Positions 27,180 through 41,221 are shown, numbered from the stretch's first letter. The stretch is 64,000 bases of DNA from Eledone cirrhosa (GCA_964016885.1 OZ024742.1:95914001-95978000), one strand, 5' to 3'. Notes: generated from the letters alone by a model not told the origin. A program made the numbers and translations.

Positions 27180-27560
27180 TATAGCTGGAAACTATGAAAG
27201 AAAGAAGAAGACCTAGAAAAACTTGGGATGAAGCGATAAAAGCTGATCTTACCCAAATAAACCTCAAAAGGAGATAACACAGGATTAAGATCTCATGCAG
27301 GTGACATGACAAAAGCACCCAGTCCACTCTAAAGGGATCATGATTCTGACATGGAAAAAAGCACCCTGTTCATATCAATGCCATGATTAAATCCTCCAAT
27401 CCACACTCTAACAGGGTTGGCCTTAGGAAGAACATCCAGCTGTAGAAACCAAACAATAATACAGATCTGTATGAGCATGACTTGTCTCACAATGTAACAT
27501 CCCATCTAACTTATGCAAGCATGGAGAATGGTGGATGTTAAATGATGATGATGAAGATAA
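27180..27560 (+). mobile_element. RTE LINE 3' end / UTR fragment
   Basis: RPRKTWDEAIKADL, then AAAGCACCCAG and TTAGGAAGAACATCCAGCTGTAGAAA modules and a (GAT)n tail. Confidence 0.7.
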
Positions 27561-28473
27561 TGATGATATCATATTTATCATTTCATTGAACACAATGCAA
27601 TAAAATATGGAAGAACTCAATGCAATTTTAAAATATAAAATTCATTCTAGCTGAAAATTGTGTACAGTTGATATATAATGAGAATGACATTCCATGTGTA
27701 TCTAGTTTAGAAAAGATGGCACATCGACAATATCATTAGGGCACCAGATTAAATGCCTAGGTATTTCTTCTGACTCACTGCTTTCTGATTTCAAATTCTG
27801 TCGATGTCAACTTTGTCGTTCAATTTTGAGGTTGATGAATAAATTATCATTCCAATGCTGGAGTCAGTTTTTCCTGTATCATTCCTTACCACTTTATCTC
27901 CCACTCTTTCTAGGTAAGTAAGTTAGCTGTGTTTGGAACAAGGGTTAATGGCCCTATCCAGTTTAGAATTGGTAAATATACTGTTTTCTTGCATATCATA
28001 AGAAATATCTAAATGGTTTAGTGCCAGGAAGTCATAAAACATTGCCTCAAAAATTACCTCATGATATATATGAAGTCTATCATCAAATGGAAGACAGTTG
28101 TTTTACTAAATCATATACTAGCTGCATTGTCAAGACAGGTAATTGTTGTTGACAAATACATAGCTTCATTGCAAGTTCATTGACAATTTCAACATGTATT
28201 ATCTTTAAAAAATCCTTACTTTACATACTAATTTTTTGCCATCCAAATTTATTTTATTTATCCTTGGTTTTTGCCTATTAAACCCACTACTTCAGTTTGC
28301 ATGAAGAACCAGGTGCTCTCAGCATGAACACTGGTTATCTACCATTGTTTTCCCACTACTGTTTTTCTATCTTGAATCTAGGTAGCATTGATCACAAGAT
28401 GGTTACGAACACAGGATGCAGAGAGCTGGAAGGAATATTGGAGCAAAGTATCCCACCTGAGTTTTAGCAATAC

Positions 28474-28649
28474 TTGTTTCTACTTTAGGCACAAGGCCAG
28501 CAATTACCCAGTGCATTACTGGTACTTTATTTTATCGACCCCGTAAGGATGAAAGGCAAAGTCAACCTCGGCGGGATTTGAACTCAGATCGTAAAGGGAC
28601 GTAACTATGCTTGAAAGCATGGCGTCCGACCCTCTACCGATAGTGCCAA
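28474..28649 (-). mobile_element. Family-A SINE, young copy
   Basis: Near-identical to 60777-60956. Confidence 0.9.
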
Positions 28650-29402
28650 CTGCCTATAAACCTCCCATGGACTGGTAATTTATTTATCAACCCAAATTAT
28701 GAAAAACAAAGACAACCATAATGAGATTTGAACCCAGAGCCCATAGTGGTGAAATAAATGCCAATACATTTAATCCAATGCTCTAATGATCAGTTTGCCT
28801 CCTGAAAGTTATTTAAGATTTGTCCTTAACATAAAAATGGTTAGGATGCAATGCACTGAACATTAAAGGAAAAATGATAAAGTATTGCAGAAATTTCTAG
28901 AATTTCTATAAATTTCCAAATGAAGTGTTTGCTAAGAATTAATGTTGACAATATTTAGAAGAAATGTATTTAAGTGTCAGCGTTGATCAGAAAATGGTAT
29001 TGTTGATTTGAGGCACTAATTCCTGTTAATTCTTTAAAACATCTTCAGTATTCCTTCACATTAATCTAGATTTCACAATAAAAGAACCAAATTGCTTTTG
29101 AACAATGATGAAGTGCCATTGATTTCAGGAGGTTTCTAGTCTGACACCTATCTAGACACTCTAACACACACACACATATGTACATTGATGTATATTGCTA
29201 CACAATATCCCTCACTTACACACACACACACACACATATGTATGTATCTATATGTATCCCTACATATATACATGCATGCACACTAACATACACAGAATAG
29301 TATATAGATGGATGTATTTATATCTTATACATATACATAAAAATGAATGATTGTATACTCACAATACAAATGCATATAAACTTTGATGCACTTTTTACTC
29401 AC

Positions 29403-29496
29403 CGTCTCTTCTTTTCATGATAGGAATGGAGCCCTTATAATTAAAACACCCAAGGAATCTCCTATGAGAGACAACCTCATTGGAAGCCAGCTTAAA
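29403..29496 (-). other. Candidate 94-nt host exon
   Basis: ttctatgcAG acceptor, GTGAGT donor, open frame FKLASNEVVSHRRFLGCFNYKGSIPIMKRRD; no homology recognised. Confidence 0.3.
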
Positions 29497-29871
29497 CTGC
29501 ATAGAAGTGACTTGTAAATTTCATTCCTTGACATTTTAAAGATTTGCAGTGTAATATAGAATCTGTAGTGGTGGAGCTATGTTTTCCTCTTTATTTACTA
29601 GATCATCAAAGGACTTCCCCCACTCACATACTTATTGAACTCAAATTCTGTGTGTTACTGCAGTAATCATCAGCTTGTTTAGGTTAAATTTCTTCAAAAT
29701 GTCAGCATCATTGCAATCACCACCATCATTGTTATGTCCCTTTTATCCATTGGTTTGACAAGTTCTCTCCAGTATAGCCTTTTCTATTTTTCTCTTTCCT
29801 GTGTCATCCCCTTTGCCAGTTCTGTCTACCCAACGTCACTCAAACACAAGGAGAACTTTAGAGTATTCCTC

Positions 29872-30073
29872 TATGAAGGTTGGATGAAAAGTTCATAGGC
29901 TGACAAAGATAGACTCATGAAACGACTAAATGAGCTTTACTTTACAACATAGTCCCCAGAAGAAGACAACACAGTTATTAATAAGAAGAGTTGAAATTAA
30001 TGCATGTATGATTTCACAGCTCCAACATCATTTCTTCATAGTCAGCCTATAAACTTTTCAGTATTCATTTATA
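29872..30073. mobile_element. Mariner-derived MITE, degenerate
   Basis: TIR-like TGAAAAGTTCATAGGCTGAC / GTCAGCCTATAAACTTTTCA. Confidence 0.5.
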
Positions 30074-30079
30074 ACTACA

Positions 30080-32150
30080 AACAGATAAGATTTAAACAAT
30101 AGTAGGGCACCTTTGACATTAATACTGAGATGCCAAGATGCTCAGCTGCTTGTGTAGACTTGATAGATTTAGCAAGTGGTTAGTAGATCACAAATTTACT
30201 TTAATATGTTTTTAGCATCTTCTGAAGAAAAGTTCAAGATATTAGATCTGACATTGTCCCATGATAGAATCACTTTAGGATGATGGAAAAGCATATGTAA
30301 ACCTGTGTTCTCGATGTTATGGAGGAATATTTGATAATAGCAACAAAAACTGTCTTATCTTTGCCTAGCATTAACTATTGAGGATTTAAGCAGAAGCATT
30401 GCATCCAGGTATCTGTTTTTGCAACGACAAACTAGAATCTAGTTGAAATCGAATTAGTTCTGAGAAAGGAAACACACTATTTAGAGTAGTAACTAAACAA
30501 ACCTAGTACTTGTTTAGCATTGCTAAGTTATCAATGAGGGATTTTAATTTTTCCATATCACATTTCAGAAAATTATTTTCTGTTTTGTAATAGGCATTTT
30601 GTAATGGCCATTTATTTGTCAGAGAAGACATTTGTCATTCTTCATTGTAATGCTGAGTTTTGAAAGTAACTGAAATAAATTAAGCTAAGTTCCCAATGTG
30701 TTCCTCAATAGCTTTGTCAATGACGTTAACATCCTCGAGATAAACGTGAACTTCTTTGATATCATTGTCAGTAATTATAACATCCATCATTGTTTGAAAA
30801 GCACTTAAGATCTTAGTCACAACAAAGTATAACCTTGTAAATTGGAATAAACGTCCAACAGTTTGAAAGGCAATGTATGTCTTATAGTGATTTTATAGAA
30901 TGGAATCTGATGGTATTCTGCTGTCAGATCCAGATTGCTGTGGAATTTATTGTAGGTAATAGAATGCATGGGATCTTCAATATTAAGGAAGAATAGATAT
31001 CTGGAAAGCTGTAGTGATTTATCATTTGTGAATAGTCGATAACAATGTGCTGTATGTCACTGTTTCAGGCTACTACCACTTGTGTCTGTCATGGAAAGAA
31101 TGAGGACTCAATAATAACTTCAAGAAATTGTTTAGTTTCTTCTTTAATAAACATTTCATCAAGAGAAATGCAGTGAGGTTTAATAACAATTTGTTTCAAA
31201 TTATTGTATTAGTGGGAAACATTCAAGAAGTTAGCACTATTGAAACAAATAAAACAGCTCTAGATTTGGGGCTATAATATAACTGTGATTTATGATCCTC
31301 TGAATTTAATTATAACCGACTCAGGTACCAGAGTTATAGAGTTAAAGGCACTTTTTCATACAAAGAACATCACTTAAAGCGATTTCTGAAACATAAAATA
31401 ATAACCAACCTGTTTAGATTGAGTTGTCAAGCCATTTCAAAGATATTGCCAAGATGCTGGAAGTAAGAAATTCTTGGAAATAGTTTCATTTATTAAACTG
31501 GTGACACTACCAGAAATGAGTAAAGAATCAGTATGTTTATATAATGAAGGAATGTGGTGTTTGAAAAATGATAATGATGATGATAGCTTTTTAAGTTCAT
31601 TTTCTTGATGTGGGTTTGTTGTAGCATGGATTGTAGATGCTGTTGTTTTGGCTCTTTTTGATCAACATGCTTCTGAAAATGACTCATCCCTCTTGCAGTT
31701 GTGGCAAATTTTGTTCCTTGTTGGACAAATAAAGTAGTTATGGTAGAGCCCAACACATAAATAGCAGGTTAATTTGTTTACAATGATAATATTATGCTTA
31801 TTGCTAAGGGAGCTGGACACTATTTTTACTGTAGTTCCAGAGAGGGTATGAGGAAAGTGGGAAGCCCCTGCTAAGACCATATCTGCATTTTTTTTAGCAG
31901 CTTCCAGAGAATGAGTTTGAATGACTGCCTTTTCCAAATTGAATGTAAAGTTCACAAAGAACCTTTGTGGAATACAGACTGAGGAGATCTCAGAAATACC
32001 TTACTCTCAAGTGCTCTCCTCTTCATATACATCAACAGCATAAACATTATAATGTCTGGTGAGGCTGTAATATAACACCATTATCAAATTCAATGTTTTC
32101 ACCTGGTTATTGTTTTCACGACTGCAATTGGAATCAGCAAGGAATTGTAG
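30080..32150 (-). pseudogene. Ty3/Gypsy LTR-retrotransposon relic (gag knuckles, RT)
   Basis: Degenerate CX2C knuckles CYLC..H...CP...KICHNC; RT LDLTAEYHQIP..AFQTVGRLFQFTRL..SAFQTMMDVII..VHVYLED. Confidence 0.7.
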
Positions 32151-32277
32151 TTTGTTATTTAATTAAACCTTTCCTAACTAAATTTGTAATGAAAGACACT
32201 GCCTAGGATTTTCAAATAATTTAAAAAATAATCAAGGATGTTGAGGCATTTATCTTTGTCATTATTAAGTTGTTAAA

Positions 32278-32490
32278 GGCGGTGGATTGGCAGTTTTGAT
32301 AAAGCATTGGACAACATGTTTTGAGGCATAGAGTTATGTCCTTTCATGTCCTGAGTTTAAACATTGCCAAGGTTAGCTTTGCCTTTCACCCGTATGGGAT
32401 TGATAAAATAAAGCACCAGTAATGTCCTGGAATCGATGAACCCCCACCTACAAATTGTTGGCCTTATGCCTAAATCAGAAATTATTATTA
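32278..32490 (+). mobile_element. Older family-A-related SINE
   Basis: GGCGGTGGATTGGCAG head, TTTGCCTTTCA..GATAAAATAAAGCACCAG core, ATT tail. Confidence 0.7.
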
Positions 32491-35299
32491 AGTTGTTATT
32501 TGAAACATAACTTTAAAATGGTTTTTAGATAAAATTATGATGGAACATTTTGGGGGTGAATAAGAACATTTTAAAATAAACAGTTTTATATGATACAGTT
32601 GTTAATTAGCTGAGTTGCTAAAAATATCTGATAAAATGCTTTGTACTATTTGTTACAGCTCTTTGTGCATCAAGGTCAACATTGCTTTTCATCCTTTCAA
32701 GATCGATAACAAATATACCAGTACAACAGTGGGGTTGATTCTTCCTCTTTCTCACACCACTCTCCTTCTCTGAAAGAAATCCTCTGTGAATAGGCCTGAA
32801 GTGGGATGGGCTATGCCAGGTTTAAAGTGCCCAGAAATATTGTATGTTATGACATTGCCCCTACAACTCTATCGCAAGTTCTAGGTTCATACATACATTT
32901 GTATCTTACAATATGGGGCAGCTTCAGGCTGTTTGGTATCGAAAGGGTTAATGAAGGAATAATTCATGGTAAGTATAGCAGTATTATGAGGCAAATTAGC
33001 AGATTTGTTATAACGTTAGATAGCATGGTTTGCCGTATTAATTTTGGCTCTCTACTGAGTTCAAATTCTGCTGTGGTCAAATTTGCCTTTCATCCATTCA
33101 AGGTTGATAAAAATAAGTCTTGTACTGGTGTTGATTCTACCTCTATATTTCATTATCTCTTCCATTCTCTCCCTCTCTGGAAGAAATCTGCTGTATTCAG
33201 ACCTTGAACGAAGATGGTCCCCTCAAAGTCTAAAAATACGATAGAAACTCCTTATGTGAATGCTGCAACCCTACAAGCCCCTCTGGAGTTATAGGACCAT
33301 GTATGCATGTATAGCAATATTGTAATTAATTCAATACTGTGAAATAATACTGATTAATGCAATGTAGGTGAAAATAGATGGCGAGATGCAGTTAAGAAGT
33401 GGAGTGAATCTTTCTTGTTCAATTTAATATGAGAATACAGTAAGAAATTCTATTGATTATCAGGTTTGTAATACAAGGAACACCATATCCCTGTTTGTAA
33501 TAGGAAATGACTAAAAGCATACAACCACAAAATATTATTGTAGTTTTCCGATGTATCCTCTCTGCTTTATCTAACACATCTTTATGATTCCAATGTGTCC
33601 AATCTATGCTTGTATCTGACATATGTTTATGTTTGGAATTACAAATCAAATATAAATACTTAGGGAGAGTTTATAAATTTAGAATAGATAATTCACTATT
33701 GATATTTAGGTTTTCTGGCCATAGGTGAGTTTTCAGGTGACAATAAGTTGAATGAAAAGAGAACACAGAATAGATTACTTTTCCCAGTTTAATAGTGATC
33801 ATGTAGGAGGCTGCATTGTGATTTGTAGCTTTTGTTGATACTAAAAGAGGGATTGTGCTTTAAAGAAATGAATTACACTGTAGTATGTTTCTAACAATCA
33901 AGAAGTAGACAGACATTCTTGAGTTTAGCAATTTACTATCACTTTTATCAATGTATGTATAATCAGTACATTGTATCCCTTCACTTTGTTAGGGGCAACT
34001 AATAGGGGTGGTGACAAGAAGAGCATCTAGTTGTACACTATTACCTATGATGGACCCTATGATGAATGTGGAGCCTATCATGAGATACAGTGTGTCTTGT
34101 GCATTTTAAACCTGGCATAACTCATTCCTCTCCAAGTCAGAAGACAGCCGATTTCTTTCAGAGAGAGAAAGAGGGCGAGAGAGAAAGAGTGAGAGAGAGA
34201 GAAAGAGGGTGAATTGGTCCCAGTTTTGGACTGGTACCCCATCTAATGTGCCCAAATAGAAGAAAGGCAAAACTGATCTTGATAGTTTTTGAACTCAAAG
34301 TGCAGTGAGCTGATGAGATTGCAAATTCACTGTTATATATACATTCAATTACTGATATCAGTGTTCAGTGGTTATATAGTAATGGAAACTTCTAAAACTA
34401 CTCTGTAAATACACACATATACACCCAATCCAGACAAACATAGACACACACACATATGCATAAAAGCATACATATATATATTTGTGTGTATATATATATA
34501 TACATATACAGATTGTGTAACCGAGACTGTATCAAAGTGTATAAATATATACACATATGTTTATATATATATATATATAAATATATATAGGGCGGGTAAA
34601 ATTCCTGATATATATATATGTGTGTGTGGGTGAGTGTGTGTGTGTGTGTATGCTTTTATGAATGTGCGTGTGTCTATGTCTGAGTGGGTTGTATATGTAT
34701 GTATTTACCATCATCATCACTTAATGTTTGTTTTCCCTACTAGCAAGTGTATTTATGTATATATATATAGAGATAGATATAGATATGTCTATGATAATGC
34801 CTCTGTGTATAAATTCATATTCATTTGTAATCAATCGTATTTCGAAATTAAATATTGTCTCTATATATAGTTTTACCAAGTAGCTTCTCATCTGGTTGTT
34901 GTTGTTGATAATTTAATTCATGTTAACCAGTTTTCTATTCTTGAGAGTCTAGCAGAACTTAAGAATATGATATCTTGTCACCAGAGACTGGCATCTTCAT
35001 CATCATCCTCATCATCATGAACACCACCATTATCATCATCATCATTGCCACCTCAACTGCAAGTGTCATCCCCATCATCATCACTGCCACCTCTACCATG
35101 ATCATCATTATCATTTGACTATTGTAGCAGGCAACTGCCATCCTCCACCATCCATTGCAGCTTTCATTATCAGTTGTGGCCGCATGGTTATTATAGGTTA
35201 TTATCCCTATATCATCACCCCCACCCATTTCATCACCACCATCATTACAGTAGCAAATGGCCACAGTCCATTTCCATTCATTGCAGCTTTTATAATGGG

Positions 35300-36130
35300 G
35301 TTTGAATCTAGAGGTAGATTCACCCAAAATGTGCAGAAAAAGCGTACAGAGAAATTCCGTCCTATGTCCAAAATGCAAACTAGGAGTACACAAAGGATGT
35401 AATGGACAGGCTATCAAAGAACATAGATTTTATATGCAGTTGATTCACAGGTGCAGTAAGTAGCATGAGCCCACAGGATACTAGCTCCTTCAAATGCTGT
35501 GAAAGATCTGTAAACATAGTCGACTGTTTCTGTTACCTCAGTGACCAAATTAACAGTGGAGGAGTTTTCTGAAAATAAAGTAGCCAGAGTAACAATGGGA
35601 TTGAGTAAGTTCTGGGAGCTATTACCACTGGTAGCTACAAACATTTTTTCCATCAAATTGAAGGGCAGATTGTATGATGCATGTATATGAACAGCAATTT
35701 TGGAAGGTAGTGAGAGCTGAGCCCTGTGTGCAGAGAACCTGTACAGATTGGAAAGAAATGAAGCTTTCATCCTTCAGTGTAAGTGTAATAGTAATATATC
35801 TACATGAACAGCAAAGCAAAAATGAACTGAGAGAAAAACTGGACATGATGTGGGACAGCTTTATAAAAAGATGCATGGCGATCAAAGTTAATTGAATGTA
35901 TGGAGTAAGAATACTTAAAAAGACCTGGGATGAGGTGATAAAAACTGATCTTTCACAATTACACCACTCATAGGTGATGATACAGGATTGAGTCCTTTGG
36001 CAGTATGTAGTATTACAGAAGAACCACCTTCCCATGTGCAAGTGTTGAAGCATACATTTAGTATGGACTACTTGACTCCTACCCTCCCTCCTTCTTCCAT
36101 ACACTTCCCAATCCCTAACACTCCCCCCCA
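35300..36130 (+). pseudogene. RTE LINE 3' fragment
   Basis: CRKSVQRNSVLCPKCKLGVHKGC zinc finger, KGRLYDACI, KTWDEVIKTDL. Confidence 0.8.
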
Positions 36131-36453
36131 TAAATCTGGCCCTTCGAATTACAGATAAAAGCTATATTTTTCCAGCTGAGGAGTCTGGAGCAATGTAAAT
36201 CAAAGTTTCTTGTTCACTGACACATCTTGCTGCAGTATCAACTTCACAAACTTATGATCATAAGTTAAACATCCTAAGCACAAAGCCATGCTCATTCACA
36301 CACACACAGAGAAAAGCATACCCAGACGCACAGACATATACTGACATACACGAATAATTACCTGATCATGCTTTATGTTCAAAGCAGTGAATATGTGTGT
36401 GTGTATATATATATATTAAAGGGTTAAACAAGATTCAATAAGTATATCAAAGA

Positions 36454-36978
36454 ATGAGTTTTACAGTAGATTGGAAGCACTCTAGGGAAAATAATAGAGT
36501 TAACATAAATGATACTAAACCAAAATGTAATTGCAGAAACAATACTGACTGCCCTTTGCAAAATAATTGTCTAGATAGTAATTTGGTTTATAAATGCACC
36601 GTAAAAACTGATCACAACATATACAACTACATAGGATTGACTTCTTCTACATTCAAAGCCAGATTTGCGAACCATAAATGCTCATTCTCGAACTCCAAGA
36701 GGAAATCATCCACTTCTTTATCACAGCTCATATGGTCATTAAAAGAGAGGAATTTAAAATACTCCATTCTTTGGACAAAACTTCGGAATTGTGGAGTTTA
36801 CCGCAACTCTAGTATATCAAATAACTGCGCGCTCTGTACAATGGAGACCCTGTTGATTATTAATAACTATGAGACCCTAATTAACAAAAAAAGTGAATTA
36901 TTCCCTAGTTGCCTTCATAAAGCTACGTCCACATTCTTAGCCTCCCACACAACTAGAAAAAAAGGAAAGAAACACTAA
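36454..36978 (+). CDS. GIY-YIG endonuclease C-terminus of a 5'-truncated Naiad-type Penelope element
   Basis: CNCRNNTDCPLQNNCLDSNLVYKC..YIGLTSSTFKARFANH..CALCTME..INKKSELFPSCLH. Confidence 0.85.
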   Translation: MSFTVDWKHSRENNRVNINDTKPKCNCRNNTDCPLQNNCLDSNLVYKCTVKTDHNIYNYIGLTSSTFKARFANHKCSFSNSKRKSSTSLSQLIWSLKERNLKYSILWTKLRNCGVYRNSSISNNCALCTMETLLIINNYETLINKKSELFPSCLHKATSTFLASHTTRKKGKKH

Positions 36979-37121
36979 ACCATTAAAAACTTGGTTTTCA
37001 GATGTATATAATTAACAGGGGAAAACATTAATGGCCTTTAATATTGCATTGTCTTATAACTATCTATAGAAGAAATAACGCTCGAATGAATGACACTTGT
37101 TCAATAACACGCCGGCACGTT

Positions 37122-37313
37122 GATCGATAAAATAAAGTACCAGTAATGCACTGGATGATTGCTGGCCTTGTGCCTAAAGTAGAAACAATTATTAACTTTG
37201 ATCCATACCATTATTTCTCAATCTTGCCTTTCATCCTTATGGGGTCGATAAAATAAAGTACCAGTAATGTACTGGATAATTGCTGGCCTTGTGCCAAAAG
37301 TAGAAACAATTAT
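37122..37313 (+). mobile_element. Two 5'-truncated family-A SINEs
   Basis: Second copy has TSD ATTATTTCTCAATCTT at 37210-37225 and 37309-37324. Confidence 0.8.
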
Positions 37314-38521
37314 TTCTCAATCTTTATTTTCCTATCTTAGTTTTAAATTTTAGTTTAAATATCCAACCCGTATATTTTTACGGAAGTTATGTTTAACTGT
37401 GAATCTTTCATGTGTTTACATTTTTTCTTATTTATAATATGTATGTAATTATCTTTTGGAAGTTTTTAAATATACCTACCGTATATCCATGATTCAAATA
37501 TAGAGCAAATATCCAAACTATAAATTATTACAGACCTTATTTTGAACTCTGAATTATCCATGCATTTATTATTGTTTTTCTTATATATATGTATGTATTT
37601 AACTGTAACACGTTGAAATCTATTATATAAGATTATAATCGTTATCATTTACCTAAAGTATACTGTATCACTAATACCTAATATATAGCTATATATACCT
37701 CCCTGTATCTCTCTATATATAATTTTTAGATAACTTCTAAATTTCTAGATTATTATTTATTTTGAACTGTGAATAATTCATGCATTTACACCCTGTTATA
37801 TATAGGTATCTATTTAACTTTAGCATGCTTCAATCTATTATTTTATATTCGTTATCATTTACCTAAAATATACATCTATATACATAATCGTTATTTAAAT
37901 ATTTCTAACAATAAGTACTCCATAAGCTTTACATACCGAAAATGTTGACATTTTTATAGATTATCTTCGTTAAAGTTTACATTTAGGAAAATATTCAACA
38001 GTGTAAATTTTCCTTTCGCTGGCCAAGTAAATCCTTTAAATGTTATCCTCATAAAATTCAGAAGTTTAGAAATGTTAACACACTTATAGAATTTATAAAA
38101 TTAATAAATATAAATAACCAGCAACTTAAAAAAACCCCTAAAATCTTGATTCTTCATCCTAAAATAACATAAATTAAATATTTTGAAACTTAACCGTTTA
38201 GCTTTTGGAAAAAATCTCTTTCTGAATATATAACTCCCCTTTATCTTTCCCTCTCTTTAAATCCCCTTTCAGCGGCCCTCATTGACTGTTATAATTCATG
38301 AGATGTTTTACTAGATAAACATAACTTGTAGTATCCTACATTTTAAAATCTCTATAGCTGTCACATTAACCAACGTTTTTCTTACTCACACATTCTCTAT
38401 TGAATTTATTACGTTTTCGCATTTTCTCATTATTAGGATATAAATGTTGAATTTTCTCTTAGGTTAATCACTACCTTGATTAAATCTTAACCATTTAACA
38501 TCTCAGCGTATGTCATGTATC

Positions 38522-38584
38522 ATTATATTTTGTCTGATGAGAACGTACTGTTGTACCTCCGAAATATGTATAATAAAATATAAT
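38522..38584 (+). ncRNA. Type I hammerhead ribozyme
   Basis: 12-bp stem I AUUAUAUUUUGU/AUAAAAUAUAAU, CUGAUGA, stem II GUAC UGUU GUAC, GAAA-UAUGUA-UA. Confidence 0.75.
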
Positions 38585-38643
38585 TGATCAAAAGAACATC
38601 TATTTTATTAATATTTGTATTTTAATATATATATATATATATA

Positions 38644-39072
38644 TAAAATAAAGTTAAATAAAAGTCAAATGATTAAAATTTAGCTTCGTTTATTACTGCT
38701 ATATATATTTCAGTGACAGCCATCTTTGGCTGTGACATCTTCAGGCAGTGAATGACTCCAGTTCCCCAGTGAATTAACAACCCAACAAGGAACTGGGCAT
38801 ATCAGAGTATTGACAATATCATACACCTAAACAACATATGTACTTGTCTATACCATACTAATTCAAACTGCCTGAAGAGGTCACAGCCAAAGATGGCTGT
38901 CACTGAAATATATATAGCAGTAATAAACGAAGCTAAATTTTAATCATTTGACTTTTATTTAACTTTATTTTACACTACTCCGGAGTAACCAAACCAACCT
39001 GCGCACTTCGTCGAGTGCTCCAGCCTGCATACTGAGGTGTTGGTATACAACCAACATAAACTCAAAAGTCTC
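38644..39072. mobile_element. Family-C pLTR with inverted partial copy (arms 38644-38749 / 38867-38972) and two HHRs
   Basis: Plus HHR 38867-38921: ACUGC-CUGAAGA-GGU C ACAGCCA/UGGCUGU C ACU-GAAA-UAUAUA-UA-GCAGU. Minus HHR 38695-38749. Confidence 0.85.
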
Positions 39073-39103
<31 letters not shown>

Positions 39104-39136
39104 GCATACTCTCACACACACACATATATATGCATA

Positions 39137-39196
<60 letters not shown>

Positions 39197-39935
39197 CTAG
39201 CTAAACTACCTGTACTTTGGACGGTTCAAGTAGCTTTCGATGTAGCTCATTAAACTAAACAAAGTAAATTTGAATACATAGAAGAAACACGTACTTTATG
39301 TAAACATGAAAACATGAAAACCTGAGGCACTATTCCAGCGGAATAATTACTATGTGAGCTCGGTGTCATCCGTTATACCATGTAACAACAGAAATCCAGT
39401 CTAGGTATAAATATTTTTGACAACAGTAAAAGCGCATCATGAAATAGAGAAGTGAATTGAATAATAGACACTATTATGTACAAAGCATAATATTGTAAAA
39501 GTTATGACATCACTTAATGTATGAACATCAAGCTTGAAACAATAAATTATACAATGTCAAATCTATAACTTAACTTAGTAATCTGTTAGAAATTGATGGT
39601 TGTGAAATATACAAAATGATATTGTTAGTCTCAAGGCAGCGTGCATTTTGTTTCCAGTACAAAGAGTAAATTAAAATCCGAATGAGCCGAATTACGAAAG
39701 ATAACTCTTGTCTTACTTAATCATGAAAATTGACACAAATAACCGAAAATGTTTAATGTCTCCAAAGGCCTCAATAACGATTTTTGAAAGCCTTTGTAGA
39801 TCATGTACAGGTTTTGTGCAAGGACAAACTCTGTAAACATTTTCAAAGAAATCGCATGAATGGTTTAGAATACATGAGCCTTCATTAAAAATTGTCCACA
39901 CACACATACAGAAAACTATATATTAGTATTACAGA
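39197..39935 (-). mobile_element. Non-autonomous Helitron
   Basis: Minus strand A|TCTGTAATACTAATAT..(GT)n ... imperfect subterminal hairpin ..CTAG|T; no TSD, inserted in an AT dinucleotide. Confidence 0.7.
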
Positions 39936-40057
39936 TATATATATTCGTAGAGCACTGGTTGGTTATATCCATAGTAGTAGAGCACTAAGTACATGGGACG
40001 AGTTTGGTAGAAGTAATTCCACAACAGTTAATTCACTTTAGTCAGATCATCAGCTTG

Positions 40058-40096
<39 letters not shown>

Positions 40097-40099
<3 letters not shown>

Positions 40100-40441
40100 T
40101 CATCATCATCATTTCATTATATGGCCGCTTTTCTCTGCTTGAAAGGGTGGAATGGGAACTGATTCTGGGTTGATTTTTACAGCTGGATGCCCTTCCTAAC
40201 ACCAACCTCATTTACAGTGAGTGCTGGGTGTTTTTTTGCCGTGGCACCTCCACGACCACTTTGCAGTGGTATGATATGAACCCCAGTCCCTATCATCTCA
40301 TTTCTAAAGCTGAGTAAACTGGAGCAATGTGAAAAATAAAGAATCTTGCTCAAGGAAACAACACATCACCCGGTCTGAGAATTGAACTCACGACCTTTCG
40401 ATTGCAAGGCCAATGCTCTAACAACTAAGCCATGTGCCTCC
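40097..40441 (-). mobile_element. CORE-type tRNA SINE (family B) with RTE-derived tail
   Basis: A box TGGCTTAGTTG, B box GAGTTCAATTC, CORE-like TTCCTTGAGCAAGA..TTGCTCCAG, (GAT)n tail. Confidence 0.85.
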
Positions 40442-40445
40442 ACAT

Positions 40446-40481
<36 letters not shown>

Positions 40482-40679
40482 TGAGAGAGCCTCTTTGGTC
40501 ATGAATGACCATGGGATTTGTACCTAGAATGTCCCTCTCCAAGGCAAACATCCAGGCAAGGTTGATTGTGGAAGACCAACAGTGACGCTTGCATACCAGC
40601 CTCTGATGTTGTCCAAGGAAAAGGCACCAGTGATATAGCAACTTATTTTTGTAGTTGAGTATCTATATATTATCATCAT

Positions 40680-40772
<93 letters not shown>

Positions 40773-40814
40773 TTTGACATCCGCTTTTCCTGATAGCAAG
40801 CGTATATATATATG

Positions 40815-41180
40815 TTTCGGGGAAACAAAAGCGGGGCAGGCCTCTCAAGAGGTTCAAAGACTGCGTGAAGTCCAATATCAACAACACTGGAATCGCCCCA
40901 AAACAACTCGAGTCCCATGCTAAGGACAGGACTGAGTGGCGAGCCCTTACCAGATGCGCCAAAGAATCTTTTGAAGAGAAGAGACTGGCAGAGGTCACTG
41001 AGGCCCATGAAAAGAGGAGAAAAGCATCAACAGCTTCCTCAAGCGACTCCAATCTCTTCCCCAGCCCCCACTGTCCCCGGACCTACAAGTCAAGGATAGG
41101 CCTCCACAGCCACCTTCGTGCCCACGGCAGACAGGAACTAAAATAAAGAAGATGTCATCATCGTTTACGATGGACAACCA

Positions 41181-41183
<3 letters not shown>
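40815..41183 (+). pseudogene. 3' end of an RTE/BovB-like LINE
   Basis: GKQKRGRPLKRFKDCVK..DRTEWR..HCPRTYKSRIGLHSHLRAH; TA-flanked. Confidence 0.85.
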
Positions 41184-41216
<33 letters not shown>

Positions 41217-41221
41217 GTATG

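Larger units (their letters stand above)
36419..38628 (+). mobile_element. Naiad-type Penelope element: GIY-YIG, long AT-rich 3' region, HHR near the 3' end
   Basis: TA-flanked at both ends; HHR at 38522-38584; SINE inserts at 37122-37313. Confidence 0.6.

Noticed and set aside
28381-28446. Possible plus-strand exon
   Set aside because: Weak donor (GTATCC), no recognisable protein, and opposite strand to the other candidate.
34990-35290. Met/His-rich ORFs at 34959-35417
   Set aside because: Degenerate (CAT)n repeat joined to an RTE fragment.
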